From the NCBI RefSeq assembly GCF_013167455.1, contig NZ_CP038328.1: a stretch of DNA of 64,000 nt; one strand, written 5' to 3'. The stretch is from Escherichia coli O157:H7. Lineage in GTDB: Bacteria > Pseudomonadota > Gammaproteobacteria > Enterobacterales > Enterobacteriaceae. Position 1 is the first letter of the stretch. Every line of letters begins with the position of its first letter. A program made the translations under genes and the position numbers. The notes below the pieces were generated by a model. The model was not told where the DNA came from. It saw nothing but the letters and a program-made list of their open reading frames with translations, and did no database searches. Shown here piece by piece: positions 22,451 to 30,232 of this stretch.

Positions 22451-22560
22451 AGGATTTTTAAATCCCGCTTTTGCCTGTTTTGTGCGCGCTTCATATATCG
22501 CGGCGCGTTTTTTGCTCATTTACGGGATTTGTGAGTCCCGTTTCTGTCTGTTTTTTGTTT
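22451..22560. repeat. two copies of a ~35 bp repeat, each containing a GGATTT..AAATCC-type palindrome; candidate parC-like centromere or operator
   Basis: aggatttttaaatcccgcttttgcctgttttg (22451-22485) and cgggatttgtgagtcccgtttctgtctgttttttg (22525-22560), directly upstream of the parM-like gene. Confidence 0.4.
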
Positions 22561-25313
22561 CCACTGGTCAGGCCACCCCGCAGCAGGTCTGCTTTGCGGC
22601 TGGCGCGTTCAGTGGTTTCACTGATTCTCTGTGCGTGCTCTGCGTCGCGGATGGCGCGCAGCATGTCAGAAAGCACGGTAACGGGTGTTTTCATGGTGTT
22701 CTGGTCCTGCTGAAGTGTGGATGCCAGGCGTGCGGCGGCTTCAGGGTCTGATGCCCCCAGCTGTGCCAGATAGCTGGCGACCGGGTTATGGCGGATCTCC
22801 GTGCTGCTTACGCCATGATTACGGCTCAGGCGCTGCCAGAGCTGCGTGATTCGGCTGTCCGGGCGGGTATCCGGTTTGCGTACAATTTCAAATCCCTGCG
22901 GTGCAATGATGCTGCCGTCAACGTACAGACTGCCGCCCCGTAACAGGTGCTGCATCTGTTGTTCACCGATATGCAGGCCGAGAGATTCAGCAGACTCCCG
23001 CCATTCTTTAGCGAGTAATTCGTGGTTATCAGGCAAAGGCCGCTGCTGTTTGCGGCTCTGTGTCCAGCTCTGCATTTCATCACTGCTGTTTTTTGCCTGT
23101 TTGTCACGAAGCGAACGCATCAGCGCCCGGCGTTCGTGCCGTTTCAGTGAGCGCATCCATTCGTTCACGTCAACGCCGTCAGGAAGCTGCGGCCACGGTG
23201 CTGGCCGTTCTTCCGGCTGTTCTGTCCCGTTGTTGTCCGTTTCCTGTACACGGGGACAGTTATTGCCACGAGTCCAAGGGGCGGCAGGGCCGCCCTGAAG
23301 GTCAAAACCATTTTCGCGGGCGCTGTCTTCTACTCCCGGTTTACGTCTTACCAGCTTCCAGTTATCCGGGTGCGTGCACACACGGGAGGATTCCCCGATG
23401 AGTGGTGACCAGATCCCGTAAATCTGTACGCTCTGTTCGCCGTAATCGTTCAGCTCATCTGCGAGGTCGTAGGCGGTGCGAATCAGGTAGTCCTTGCGTG
23501 GAACAAGTACGCCTCCCTGTTTCTCAATGTAGGTGGTAAAACATCCGGCATCAGCGGCAGCAAGAACCGCATCCATTGCGTCATCCTTCAGCCGTTGCGG
23601 GCCTTCCGGGTTGCGTGCCATCTGGCTGGCAAGGCGACGCAGTTCACGCCACACCTGACGGGAGGGGATGCCAAAGAACTGGAACTGGCGGACCCGGTGA
23701 AGGCGCGCCCAGCCAATGGCGCGTTCCACGCTCTCGGTCATTGATTTTCCGGTTTCGTGGTCAACGCGTGGTTTGCCTGTTTTCGGGTCGATGCCATCCA
23801 CGGCGCGGCTGTCCAGGTTTTTTCCGATGTAGGTGGCGATGTAGCTGGTTGGCGTGCCTTTTGAGCCGTCGACATACTCCGCCTTAAAGCGCGGAGTAAT
23901 ATCATCGCCCAGCTCGTGACGATCTTCCTGAATGGCAATATCGCGGGTGTGGGACACAATGGTGTCGATTTCTTCCGGATGAGCAAAGACCATCATATGC
24001 CAGTGCACGGTGCCGTCATGGTGAGGCTCCACCGTGCGGATGCCATACCAGCGCAGGCCGTCGCGGTTCAGTTTCTTGCGGACCGCCGCAAAAAACGTGT
24101 TAACCAGGTAATCGCTGGAGTCGCGCATGGTGGCCCCGTTCCATTTGGGATTCGGATGACCGTTCTCTGTTGTAGCGTGGTATTTTGACGGGCAGGTGAC
24201 AGTCAGAAACACCGCTTTGTCGCCACGGGCTTCGGCCAGAAGTTCCAGCCCCTTCATGGTGGCCATCATTTCTGCCTTACGGTGAACCGGGTTACTTACT
24301 CCCGCGTAATACACTGTCTCGAGATCAATCGTGAACCCGTCTTCGTTTTCCAGCATGAAACTTTTCAGGAAATCGCGTGTTTTCTCGCGCTGTGCGCGAA
24401 ACTCGCTTAACGCGTCCTGGCTCAGATAGGGCGATGTTTTTCTGGAAACCAGACAGGCGGCGCGGAGTTGTTCTTCTCTCCACTCGCAACGTAACAGCCA
24501 CAGTTTGCGTTTCCACCATTCCGCACAGGTCAGGCGAAGGATTGCGCCCGGCAGCAGCTCCGTGTCCGGTTCGTTCCTCCGGTCTTTGTCTGTTGTCAGT
24601 GCGTCATAATGTGGAGGCATGGCGTGCAGGTGTAACGCCATGCGGGCCAGCATCTGATACGCCTTCAGCGTTACATCCATGGTCAGTTCGCCATCGGTCG
24701 CGCCAAAGCCATCGCAGAGTTTTTCGAAGGTGCTGCTGAACATCGCCGCCGTCATGGTGGCCAGCGTCTGTATCTGGTGTTTGTTGAGCTGCGGCAGGTA
24801 AAGCAAATCGTCCAGGCGTTCGCGTCCGGCAAGGGAGCGATAACCCTGTGTCAGCCAGCGGTGATCGGTGCGCTCCAGACGTTCGAATATTTTGCGCAGG
24901 TTTCCGCGCGCGTAGCGTTCAGCCTGCCAGCTCTTTTTGCCTTTCTGACGATCGGCTTCCTGTTTTTTGCGCAGGAAGGAGAGGTGGCGAATAAGCGGAT
25001 CGCGCAGATAGGACGGCAGCAGGCGCAGCGAGGCCATGGCTTCATCCACCGCACCGCGTGCCTGTTTTCTGGCGTCTCCTGCCAGTGTGATGGTTTTGTC
25101 CTGTTTTTCCTGTGCGTCCAGGCTTTTATTAATCAGGTTGCCCAGCGGCGTTGCGGAGAACGCCGCATCAGCCATTTCCTGGCGGCGCTCGTTCTCTACC
25201 CGGTAGGCATCCAGCCAGGAGGAAAGCGCGGATTCAGGAGCGGGGATCCCCGTTCCTTCACGCCCCACTGCGTGGCGCGGTTGTTGCCAGTCCCTGATGT
25301 ACTCTGCCGTCAT
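22491..25313 (-). CDS. rolling-circle replication initiator endonuclease, P2 GpA-like
   Basis: 940 aa; HxH-type motif (GTVHWHMMVFAHP) and YIATYIGKN tyrosine region typical of the GpA family. Confidence 0.8.
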   Translation of the reverse strand: MTAEYIRDWQQPRHAVGREGTGIPAPESALSSWLDAYRVENERRQEMADAAFSATPLGNLINKSLDAQEKQDKTITLAGDARKQARGAVDEAMASLRLLPSYLRDPLIRHLSFLRKKQEADRQKGKKSWQAERYARGNLRKIFERLERTDHRWLTQGYRSLAGRERLDDLLYLPQLNKHQIQTLATMTAAMFSSTFEKLCDGFGATDGELTMDVTLKAYQMLARMALHLHAMPPHYDALTTDKDRRNEPDTELLPGAILRLTCAEWWKRKLWLLRCEWREEQLRAACLVSRKTSPYLSQDALSEFRAQREKTRDFLKSFMLENEDGFTIDLETVYYAGVSNPVHRKAEMMATMKGLELLAEARGDKAVFLTVTCPSKYHATTENGHPNPKWNGATMRDSSDYLVNTFFAAVRKKLNRDGLRWYGIRTVEPHHDGTVHWHMMVFAHPEEIDTIVSHTRDIAIQEDRHELGDDITPRFKAEYVDGSKGTPTSYIATYIGKNLDSRAVDGIDPKTGKPRVDHETGKSMTESVERAIGWARLHRVRQFQFFGIPSRQVWRELRRLASQMARNPEGPQRLKDDAMDAVLAAADAGCFTTYIEKQGGVLVPRKDYLIRTAYDLADELNDYGEQSVQIYGIWSPLIGESSRVCTHPDNWKLVRRKPGVEDSARENGFDLQGGPAAPWTRGNNCPRVQETDNNGTEQPEERPAPWPQLPDGVDVNEWMRSLKRHERRALMRSLRDKQAKNSSDEMQSWTQSRKQQRPLPDNHELLAKEWRESAESLGLHIGEQQMQHLLRGGSLYVDGSIIAPQGFEIVRKPDTRPDSRITQLWQRLSRNHGVSSTEIRHNPVASYLAQLGASDPEAAARLASTLQQDQNTMKTPVTVLSDMLRAIRDAEHAQRISETTERASRKADLLRGGLTSGNKKQTETGLTNPVNEQKTRRDI

Positions 25314-25319
25314 AGTGAT

Positions 25320-25685
25320 TTACTTCGTCATGCCATTCAGGGTGTCGCGGCAGGCTGTAGCCAGCCGCTGAATTTCCAGCACGGTGTCTTCTGTGTCGGC
25401 ATGGCGATGTGTGATGCGGATGCTGTCGGCAATCACATCGACGATTGCAGAGGATGGGCGCTGGTAAATGCCAATAACGGACGGGGTGCCACCTTCAATG
25501 CGGTAAAGCCTGTAATTTCCCTCGTGGCTGTCAATCATGTAGCGACCATCAATAACAATCTTTCCGTCAGCGAGCTGCGGTACAGGCAGGGATTTCAGGT
25601 ACATGTCATAACGATCACGCACGCGAGCGGCAAGATCACGTTCTGTGTTGAGCAGGTATTCAAGAAAGTCGTTGGCGAGAATCAT
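25320..25685 (-). CDS. hypothetical prophage early protein
   Basis: 121-aa ORF ending 6 nt before the gpA start; same strand. Confidence 0.5.
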   Translation of the reverse strand: MILANDFLEYLLNTERDLAARVRDRYDMYLKSLPVPQLADGKIVIDGRYMIDSHEGNYRLYRIEGGTPSVIGIYQRPSSAIVDVIADSIRITHRHADTEDTVLEIQRLATACRDTLNGMTK

Positions 25686-25757
25686 TGCGGCAATCCTCTT
25701 GTTACAGATGTGCGAAGGCCTCCCGCCGCAAGGTGCAGGAAAGGCCCGGAACAGGAA

Positions 25758-25988
25758 TTAATGGAGTTTGTTTTGCTGCTGGATGAGCTGTTGAAACTCG
25801 TGCAGATCATCCGCCAGATAGCTGAAAACAGAGGCGGAATAAATGTTTGATAGTGCGTGGCTGCGCTCATGCAGCATATTGATGTGCATGATTTGCGCGA
25901 CGCGTGATGCGCGGGAAAGTCTGCGGTTGATTTCAGTCTGGATGTGACGACGCTCCGCGATAGCGCGGTGCTGTTTGCGGTCTGCCAT
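25758..25988 (-). CDS. hypothetical prophage early protein
   Basis: 76-aa ORF in the early operon. Confidence 0.4.
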   Translation of the reverse strand: MADRKQHRAIAERRHIQTEINRRLSRASRVAQIMHINMLHERSHALSNIYSASVFSYLADDLHEFQQLIQQQNKLH

Positions 25989-26310
25989 GGTGTGGCCTCT
26001 TTGCTCGGTGATAGAAATAACTCACCATCCAGAGTTGAGAATCTCGGGGTGGCGAGACGTACAGGGTTCTCAACACCGGAGAGCAAAGAATCCGGCCCGA
26101 CCGAAGTCGGCCCCGTACGCCCCGCCATAATTCTGACGCGAAAAAGACGTGGCAATACAGTACGCACAAAAAAACCGCTAGCGCGGTTATGCGCTTTGCT
26201 CTGTATCGGGTTGAGAATCCCGGCACCCGTTTTATGAGGTGCAGCGGAAATGTAACCTGACCGATTGCGGCATGGCAAGCGGTTTTTTTGTGTGTGCATG
26301 TTCTGGTTTC

Positions 26311-26610
26311 TTACTGGTTCAGAAAAAAATCAAAAACGTTATCGATGCGTTGCAGCAGCTCTTGCTGCATTGCTTCCGGCGTTTCCGGTTCGCCAGGTGC
26401 CCCCAGCGTTGCGCAGAAATCAGCGATTTCATGATGGAGCGTGAGGCGAATGGCAGGAGCCGTGGTTCTGGCGTGCTCCAGCTGATCCAGCAGTGCCAGC
26501 ACAGCAGACGGCGAGAGCATTGCGCGAAATGCCAGTAATTTTTGAGGCGTTGCCATTCGTTGCAGGGCAAATGCCAGTTCGCGTAGCTTCTGGTGGTTGA
26601 TGGTGCTCAT
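26311..26610 (-). CDS. hypothetical prophage early protein
   Basis: 99 aa; start overlaps the upstream stop (translational coupling). Confidence 0.5.
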   Translation of the reverse strand: MSTINHQKLRELAFALQRMATPQKLLAFRAMLSPSAVLALLDQLEHARTTAPAIRLTLHHEIADFCATLGAPGEPETPEAMQQELLQRIDNVFDFFLNQ

Positions 26611-26873
26611 GCTCTGGCTTCCTTCAGTAGCTGGTTAAACATGTGAGTAAGTGGATTGCTACACCCGAACGGCATCGGGTTTACGTGGTAAGAAGCCTGG
26701 CCTCCTGTTTTGCGAGCGCGACCACCTGTGCTGCGGTTTGTTCTGATGACTAAGCCGCCGCGCCAAAGTCGGCGTAACTCAGCATTAATGGCTGTGGTTG
26801 GGGTATTCAGTGCTGCGGCGATCTCTCCGCCGCTACACCCCGGATGAGTAGCGATGTAGTCCAGAATGGTCAT
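26607..26873 (-). CDS. hypothetical small protein, possible winged-helix DNA-binding
   Basis: 88 aa; coupled to its neighbours by 4-nt overlaps. Confidence 0.45.
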   Translation of the reverse strand: MTILDYIATHPGCSGGEIAAALNTPTTAINAELRRLWRGGLVIRTNRSTGGRARKTGGQASYHVNPMPFGCSNPLTHMFNQLLKEARA

Positions 26874-27073
26874 CTGCGTGGCTCCTGTACCTGTCGGATA
26901 AGATTTACTCGCGCCACGTTGGTGGCGCAGAAGTAAGTGCCGTCAGTGAGGTAGATGTGGTGTGCATCCTTTTCCGAACGATGTTTGTCGATAGTGGTAA
27001 TCAGGCGTTCGTCGACCTCGTATTCGCGCCCTCTGGAGGTAAAGCGAACGACGGGAAAATGCTTAATTGCCAT
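26870..27073 (-). CDS. hypothetical prophage early protein
   Basis: 67-aa ORF, translationally coupled. Confidence 0.45.
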   Translation of the reverse strand: MAIKHFPVVRFTSRGREYEVDERLITTIDKHRSEKDAHHIYLTDGTYFCATNVARVNLIRQVQEPRR

Positions 27074-27096
27074 TGCGCCCCCTTTGTCCAGTAACC

Positions 27097-27513
27097 CTAT
27101 GCGTTAAATACGGCACGTTGCGCGTCATCAATGAATACAGCTTGAGAGCGTTCTATCAGGCGGAGATTTGTCAGAAGCTCTGACTCTTTTGTGTGGTAAG
27201 GCGTTATCAGGTATTTGCCGTGCAGTTCGGCAATAATGGTGTATTGCAGCATCATTGCTGAACCAAGAATATAAATGCAGCGTCCAATGCTGGACGGATT
27301 CATGGCTGCAACTGTTGACTGTGTTTTAAGAGTGTCGATTTCTTTGCTCTGTTCCTCAATAACTTTGGCTGCTTCAGGGGTGGCTATTGCGATGGTCAGT
27401 GCGTAAAGCGCTGCCATATGTTGATTATCTTTCTGGGCTGCCCTGGACAGCTTGTCTTGCTCTGCTGACACTATTTTTAATGTATTGATAATATTTTTTT
27501 CTTTTGCGTTCAT
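27097..27513 (-). CDS. hypothetical prophage early protein
   Basis: 138-aa ORF with a consistent coding strand. Confidence 0.5.
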   Translation of the reverse strand: MNAKEKNIINTLKIVSAEQDKLSRAAQKDNQHMAALYALTIAIATPEAAKVIEEQSKEIDTLKTQSTVAAMNPSSIGRCIYILGSAMMLQYTIIAELHGKYLITPYHTKESELLTNLRLIERSQAVFIDDAQRAVFNA

Positions 27514-27605
27514 TTTATATCTCCGTTATTTACGTGTGCGAATACCTCCGCGAATGCGGATAGTTTTCAGGTTTTCGGGTTTAATCTGGTGTTCTGTTTA
27601 AGCTG

Positions 27606-27719
27606 TTATTTGTCAGTGAAAAAGCGTTCAATCTTTTTTACTGAATGAATAATTCGCATAATCCCAATGGCGCAGGCCACCGAAATAATCAGAACAAGCC
27701 ATGAGATAAATATACTCAT
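27606..27719 (-). CDS. 37-aa single-pass membrane peptide (MSIFISWLVLIISVACAIGIMRIIHSVKKIERFFTDK)
   Basis: Translated by hand; not in the ORF track (below its size cutoff). Its ATG overlaps the upstream stop as ATGA at 27716-27719. Confidence 0.45.
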   Translation of the reverse strand: MSIFISWLVLIISVACAIGIMRIIHSVKKIERFFTDK

Positions 27720-27958
27720 GCGATATTCCCCAGCTTATATGGTTCAATGTGTTCCCCGCATTCTGCGGCACAGATCAGCTCGGAAAGTTCGTTAAGTGCA
27801 TCCAGATCATCAGCGTAAAAAGCAACGTCATACAAACTCCGGATTGCCCTGGTCAATGAGTCACGGGCTGCACGTTCAGCATGAGCGCCTGATGCACTTA
27901 AGCGAAAATAAAATCGTTCAGGTGCTTTGTTAATGAGAGTTTTATATTCTTTGCCCAT
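27716..27958 (-). CDS. hypothetical 80-aa protein coupled to the downstream membrane peptide
   Basis: ORF in the early operon; acidic C-terminus. Confidence 0.45.
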   Translation of the reverse strand: MGKEYKTLINKAPERFYFRLSASGAHAERAARDSLTRAIRSLYDVAFYADDLDALNELSELICAAECGEHIEPYKLGNIA

Positions 27959-27969
27959 CGCAACGCCCT

Positions 27970-28308
27970 TTAATCTGCTTTCTGAATTTCAGCTTCTGAA
28001 TCCATACAAATAATTTCGATATAGGGTTCATCGCCATTAACCTGACGAGCCTTTTCAGCTTCGCTAATGATTTCTCGTACGGTCTGGTACGGAAGCTCCA
28101 CAGTCAGGCGCGTACCGTTCAGATAAACGTAAGTAGCTGCGTTTTTTTCGGATGGAACAATTCCGTCAATGGCTGATGCGCGTAATAACAGTTCACCGCG
28201 AAAATCAATAAAACGGATAAATACACCTTGTGCATGCTCTTTGGTCATAAAGCACCTGTTATAAATCAGCCTGTTTAATAAAACTTTGCCCGCGAAGCAG
28301 ACGATCAA
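27970..28308 (-). CDS. hypothetical prophage early protein (likely start at the internal ATG at 28248)
   Basis: 112-aa ORF; the upstream 20 codons overlap the preceding gene, so a start at MTKEHAQG is more plausible. Confidence 0.4.
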   Translation of the reverse strand: MIVCFAGKVLLNRLIYNRCFMTKEHAQGVFIRFIDFRGELLLRASAIDGIVPSEKNAATYVYLNGTRLTVELPYQTVREIISEAEKARQVNGDEPYIEIICMDSEAEIQKAD

Positions 28309-28609
28309 CCGTGCGAAGTGCTTCGTATAATGTGAAATCCTGCCCGAAGTGATTGTCGCCGCAGTTCAATGCAAAAATGCGGTTCCCGGTAAACGGATTG
28401 CGTGGGCATTTGTGGACCACGATTCCAGCTTTCTCAATCAGCCAGGCATGTTCGCCGATTTGTTTTACAGCGTGGCCATCCGGTGTTGCATGCGTCTCGT
28501 TCAGGTTATAGCGACTGTTACTACGTGATGCACTGGTAGCGACGTGGTGTACATGGCGTTCTACGCCATTACGAAATTTGGAGTATGGATTATTAGCGTT
28601 TTTTTTCAT
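28259..28609 (-). CDS. hypothetical prophage early protein
   Basis: 116-aa ORF. Confidence 0.45.
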   Translation of the reverse strand: MKKNANNPYSKFRNGVERHVHHVATSASRSNSRYNLNETHATPDGHAVKQIGEHAWLIEKAGIVVHKCPRNPFTGNRIFALNCGDNHFGQDFTLYEALRTVDRLLRGQSFIKQADL

Positions 28610-28630
28610 GATGGTGCTCTGTTCATTGTT

Positions 28631-28834
28631 TTAGCTGTTAGCCAAAGCGTCTTTTAACATCGCCACAAGGTTTACTTCAGGCTTTTCCATTTTGGCGCGT
28701 TTGGGGCGGATAATAATTCGACCGTCAGCCAACATCTTTTTGCATGTATTAAGAGGGATACCTGTTATCTCTGCATATTTCTGCAGGGATACATAGGGGG
28801 CATTCACATTGATATTGATGGTTATACCTGACAT
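28631..28834 (-). CDS. Cox-like small DNA-binding regulator / excisionase-type protein
   Basis: 67 aa; YAEITGIPLNTCKKMLADGRIII resembles the P2 Cox HTH region; position divergent from the repressor. Confidence 0.55.
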   Translation of the reverse strand: MSGITININVNAPYVSLQKYAEITGIPLNTCKKMLADGRIIIRPKRAKMEKPEVNLVAMLKDALANS

Positions 28835-28850
28835 CCCACTAGCCTCCTGA

Positions 28851-29057
28851 TCAGGAAGATTTGTTTTGTTCTTTCTGGGTTAGCTCTAGGCCGCGAAGGG
28901 AGATCATGCGCGCCATGTTAGAGGATGAGCGTTGTTCTTTAGCTGCCATTTCATCAATGACGGCTCGCTCCTCGAGGGACAGCCGAAGTGCCAGTCTTGG
29001 ACCTGTGGCGGTGTTACGCGGAATGCGTGATCTGGTATCGTGAAGAACTTGTTTCAT
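28851..29057 (-). CDS. ribbon-helix-helix (Arc/CopG-like) small regulator, first gene of the leftward early operon
   Basis: 68 aa; LSLEERAVIDEMAAKEQRSSSNMARMI is RHH-like; divergent from the repressor gene. Confidence 0.5.
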   Translation of the reverse strand: MKQVLHDTRSRIPRNTATGPRLALRLSLEERAVIDEMAAKEQRSSSNMARMISLRGLELTQKEQNKSS

Positions 29058-29132
29058 AGTGGTATATTGTGATCATCTAATAGCTCGTGAAATCATTTTG
29101 GTATCAAAAAAGATACCTGTCAAGGTTTTTGT
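29058..29132. promoter_or_regulatory. immunity-switch intergenic region with operator-like palindrome GGTATCaaaaaaGATACC (29100-29117)
   Basis: Perfect 6-bp inverted repeat with 6-bp spacer between the divergent repressor and early operon; a GGTAT half-site recurs at ~29060. Confidence 0.5.
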
Positions 29133-29537
29133 ATGAAAAATGATATTGGTCGGCGGTTGCGTGAGGAAAGGGAAAGATTGGGACTTAGTCAAGTTGCCAT
29201 GAGCGACATTGGTGGAGTCAAAAAGCTAACTCAGCTTAGATATGAGAAAGGAGATAGCTTTCCTGATGCTGCGTATTTGGCAGCGCTGTCTCGTTTTGGC
29301 CTTGATGTTCAGTATGTTGTGTTGGGAATTCACTCACCTGAAACTTATAACGATGATGAGCAGGAATTGATTACTCGCTTTCGAGCAGCTTCGTTAGATG
29401 TGAAAAACGCGGTGATTGGGGCTTTAAAAGGTGCGATCAGTGAAAAGGAAACTCAGCCATCAGGACGTGAGTTAAATATTTCTGGTGGTAATAACCGTAT
29501 CGCTGGTCGTGACTATAACGAAACTAAGGGTAGGTGA
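29133..29537 (+). CDS. prophage repressor, HTH XRE family (C/CI-like)
   Basis: 134 aa; N-terminal HTH (LREERERLGLSQVAMSDIGGVKKLTQLRYEKG); divergent from the Cox-like gene; upstream of int. Confidence 0.75.
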   Translation: MKNDIGRRLREERERLGLSQVAMSDIGGVKKLTQLRYEKGDSFPDAAYLAALSRFGLDVQYVVLGIHSPETYNDDEQELITRFRAASLDVKNAVIGALKGAISEKETQPSGRELNISGGNNRIAGRDYNETKGR

Positions 29538-29552
29538 TAGTAGGGAGGTGAC

Positions 29553-30203
29553 ATGGCCGTCAACTCAAACGGTTCAAACAATCGCGTTGCTGGGCGTGAT
29601 TTTCACGAAAAGAATATTCAGATAGAGCGATATGATGGTTCTCATACCGTCAATATCGCAATCCCTTCGAATAATGATGATGACGATCGCCCTTTGCTTA
29701 AGGCTCAGCGTAAGGAGCTAAATAGCTTGGTTGCTGCTATTGCAGAAGCTAGCAATACTGAAGCGTTTATTATTTGGCAAAAAGTACATGCGGAGATTGG
29801 TGTAGCTGGTATTGATGATATGACAGTAAATCAATATAAAACAGCGGAGAGTTTTCTGCATGCAATGCTTGAGCGATGTAAAGATCATGATGCCTGTAAG
29901 GCTCTTGTAAGTTTATTACTACGTAACAGTGAAGACTGTGGACTTCGACAAAAACTTCTGCGGTATTGCCATATCAATTTCGGTACAGGACGTTTAAACG
30001 ATCTTACTCGTTCTCAGTTACAGTCTGCATTGTCGTGGTTAGAGCAACAATCGGCATCAAGCCACATAGAGAGTTCGACCTTACCAGAAGTCCGACTTCG
30101 TGCTTCAGAATTAATCCGACTTTATCCAAAAGAAATAATATTCTTTATCTGCGTAGGGGTTTTGGTAGGCGGTGTCATTTCTAGGGCGTTTTTTAATTTG
30201 TAA
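29553..30203 (+). CDS. hypothetical tail-anchored membrane protein (cargo between repressor and integrase)
   Basis: 216 aa; one C-terminal TM helix (IIFFICVGVLVGGVISRAFF); N-terminus shares the motif NNR[IV]AGRD[YF][NH]E with the repressor C-terminus; AT-rich. Confidence 0.55.
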   Translation: MAVNSNGSNNRVAGRDFHEKNIQIERYDGSHTVNIAIPSNNDDDDRPLLKAQRKELNSLVAAIAEASNTEAFIIWQKVHAEIGVAGIDDMTVNQYKTAESFLHAMLERCKDHDACKALVSLLLRNSEDCGLRQKLLRYCHINFGTGRLNDLTRSQLQSALSWLEQQSASSHIESSTLPEVRLRASELIRLYPKEIIFFICVGVLVGGVISRAFFNL

Positions 30204-30232
30204 TCTTACTTGAGCTAAATTGAGGTAATGAT

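Noticed and set aside
22826-24739. Several 90-150 aa ORFs antisense to or out of frame within the gpA-like gene
   Set aside because: Nested in a 940-codon ORF with clear replication-protein motifs; no RBS or conservation evidence.
25989-26310. Possible retron msr/msd in the structured non-coding island
   Set aside because: No reverse transcriptase ORF anywhere in the prophage; kept only as an unexplained structured region.
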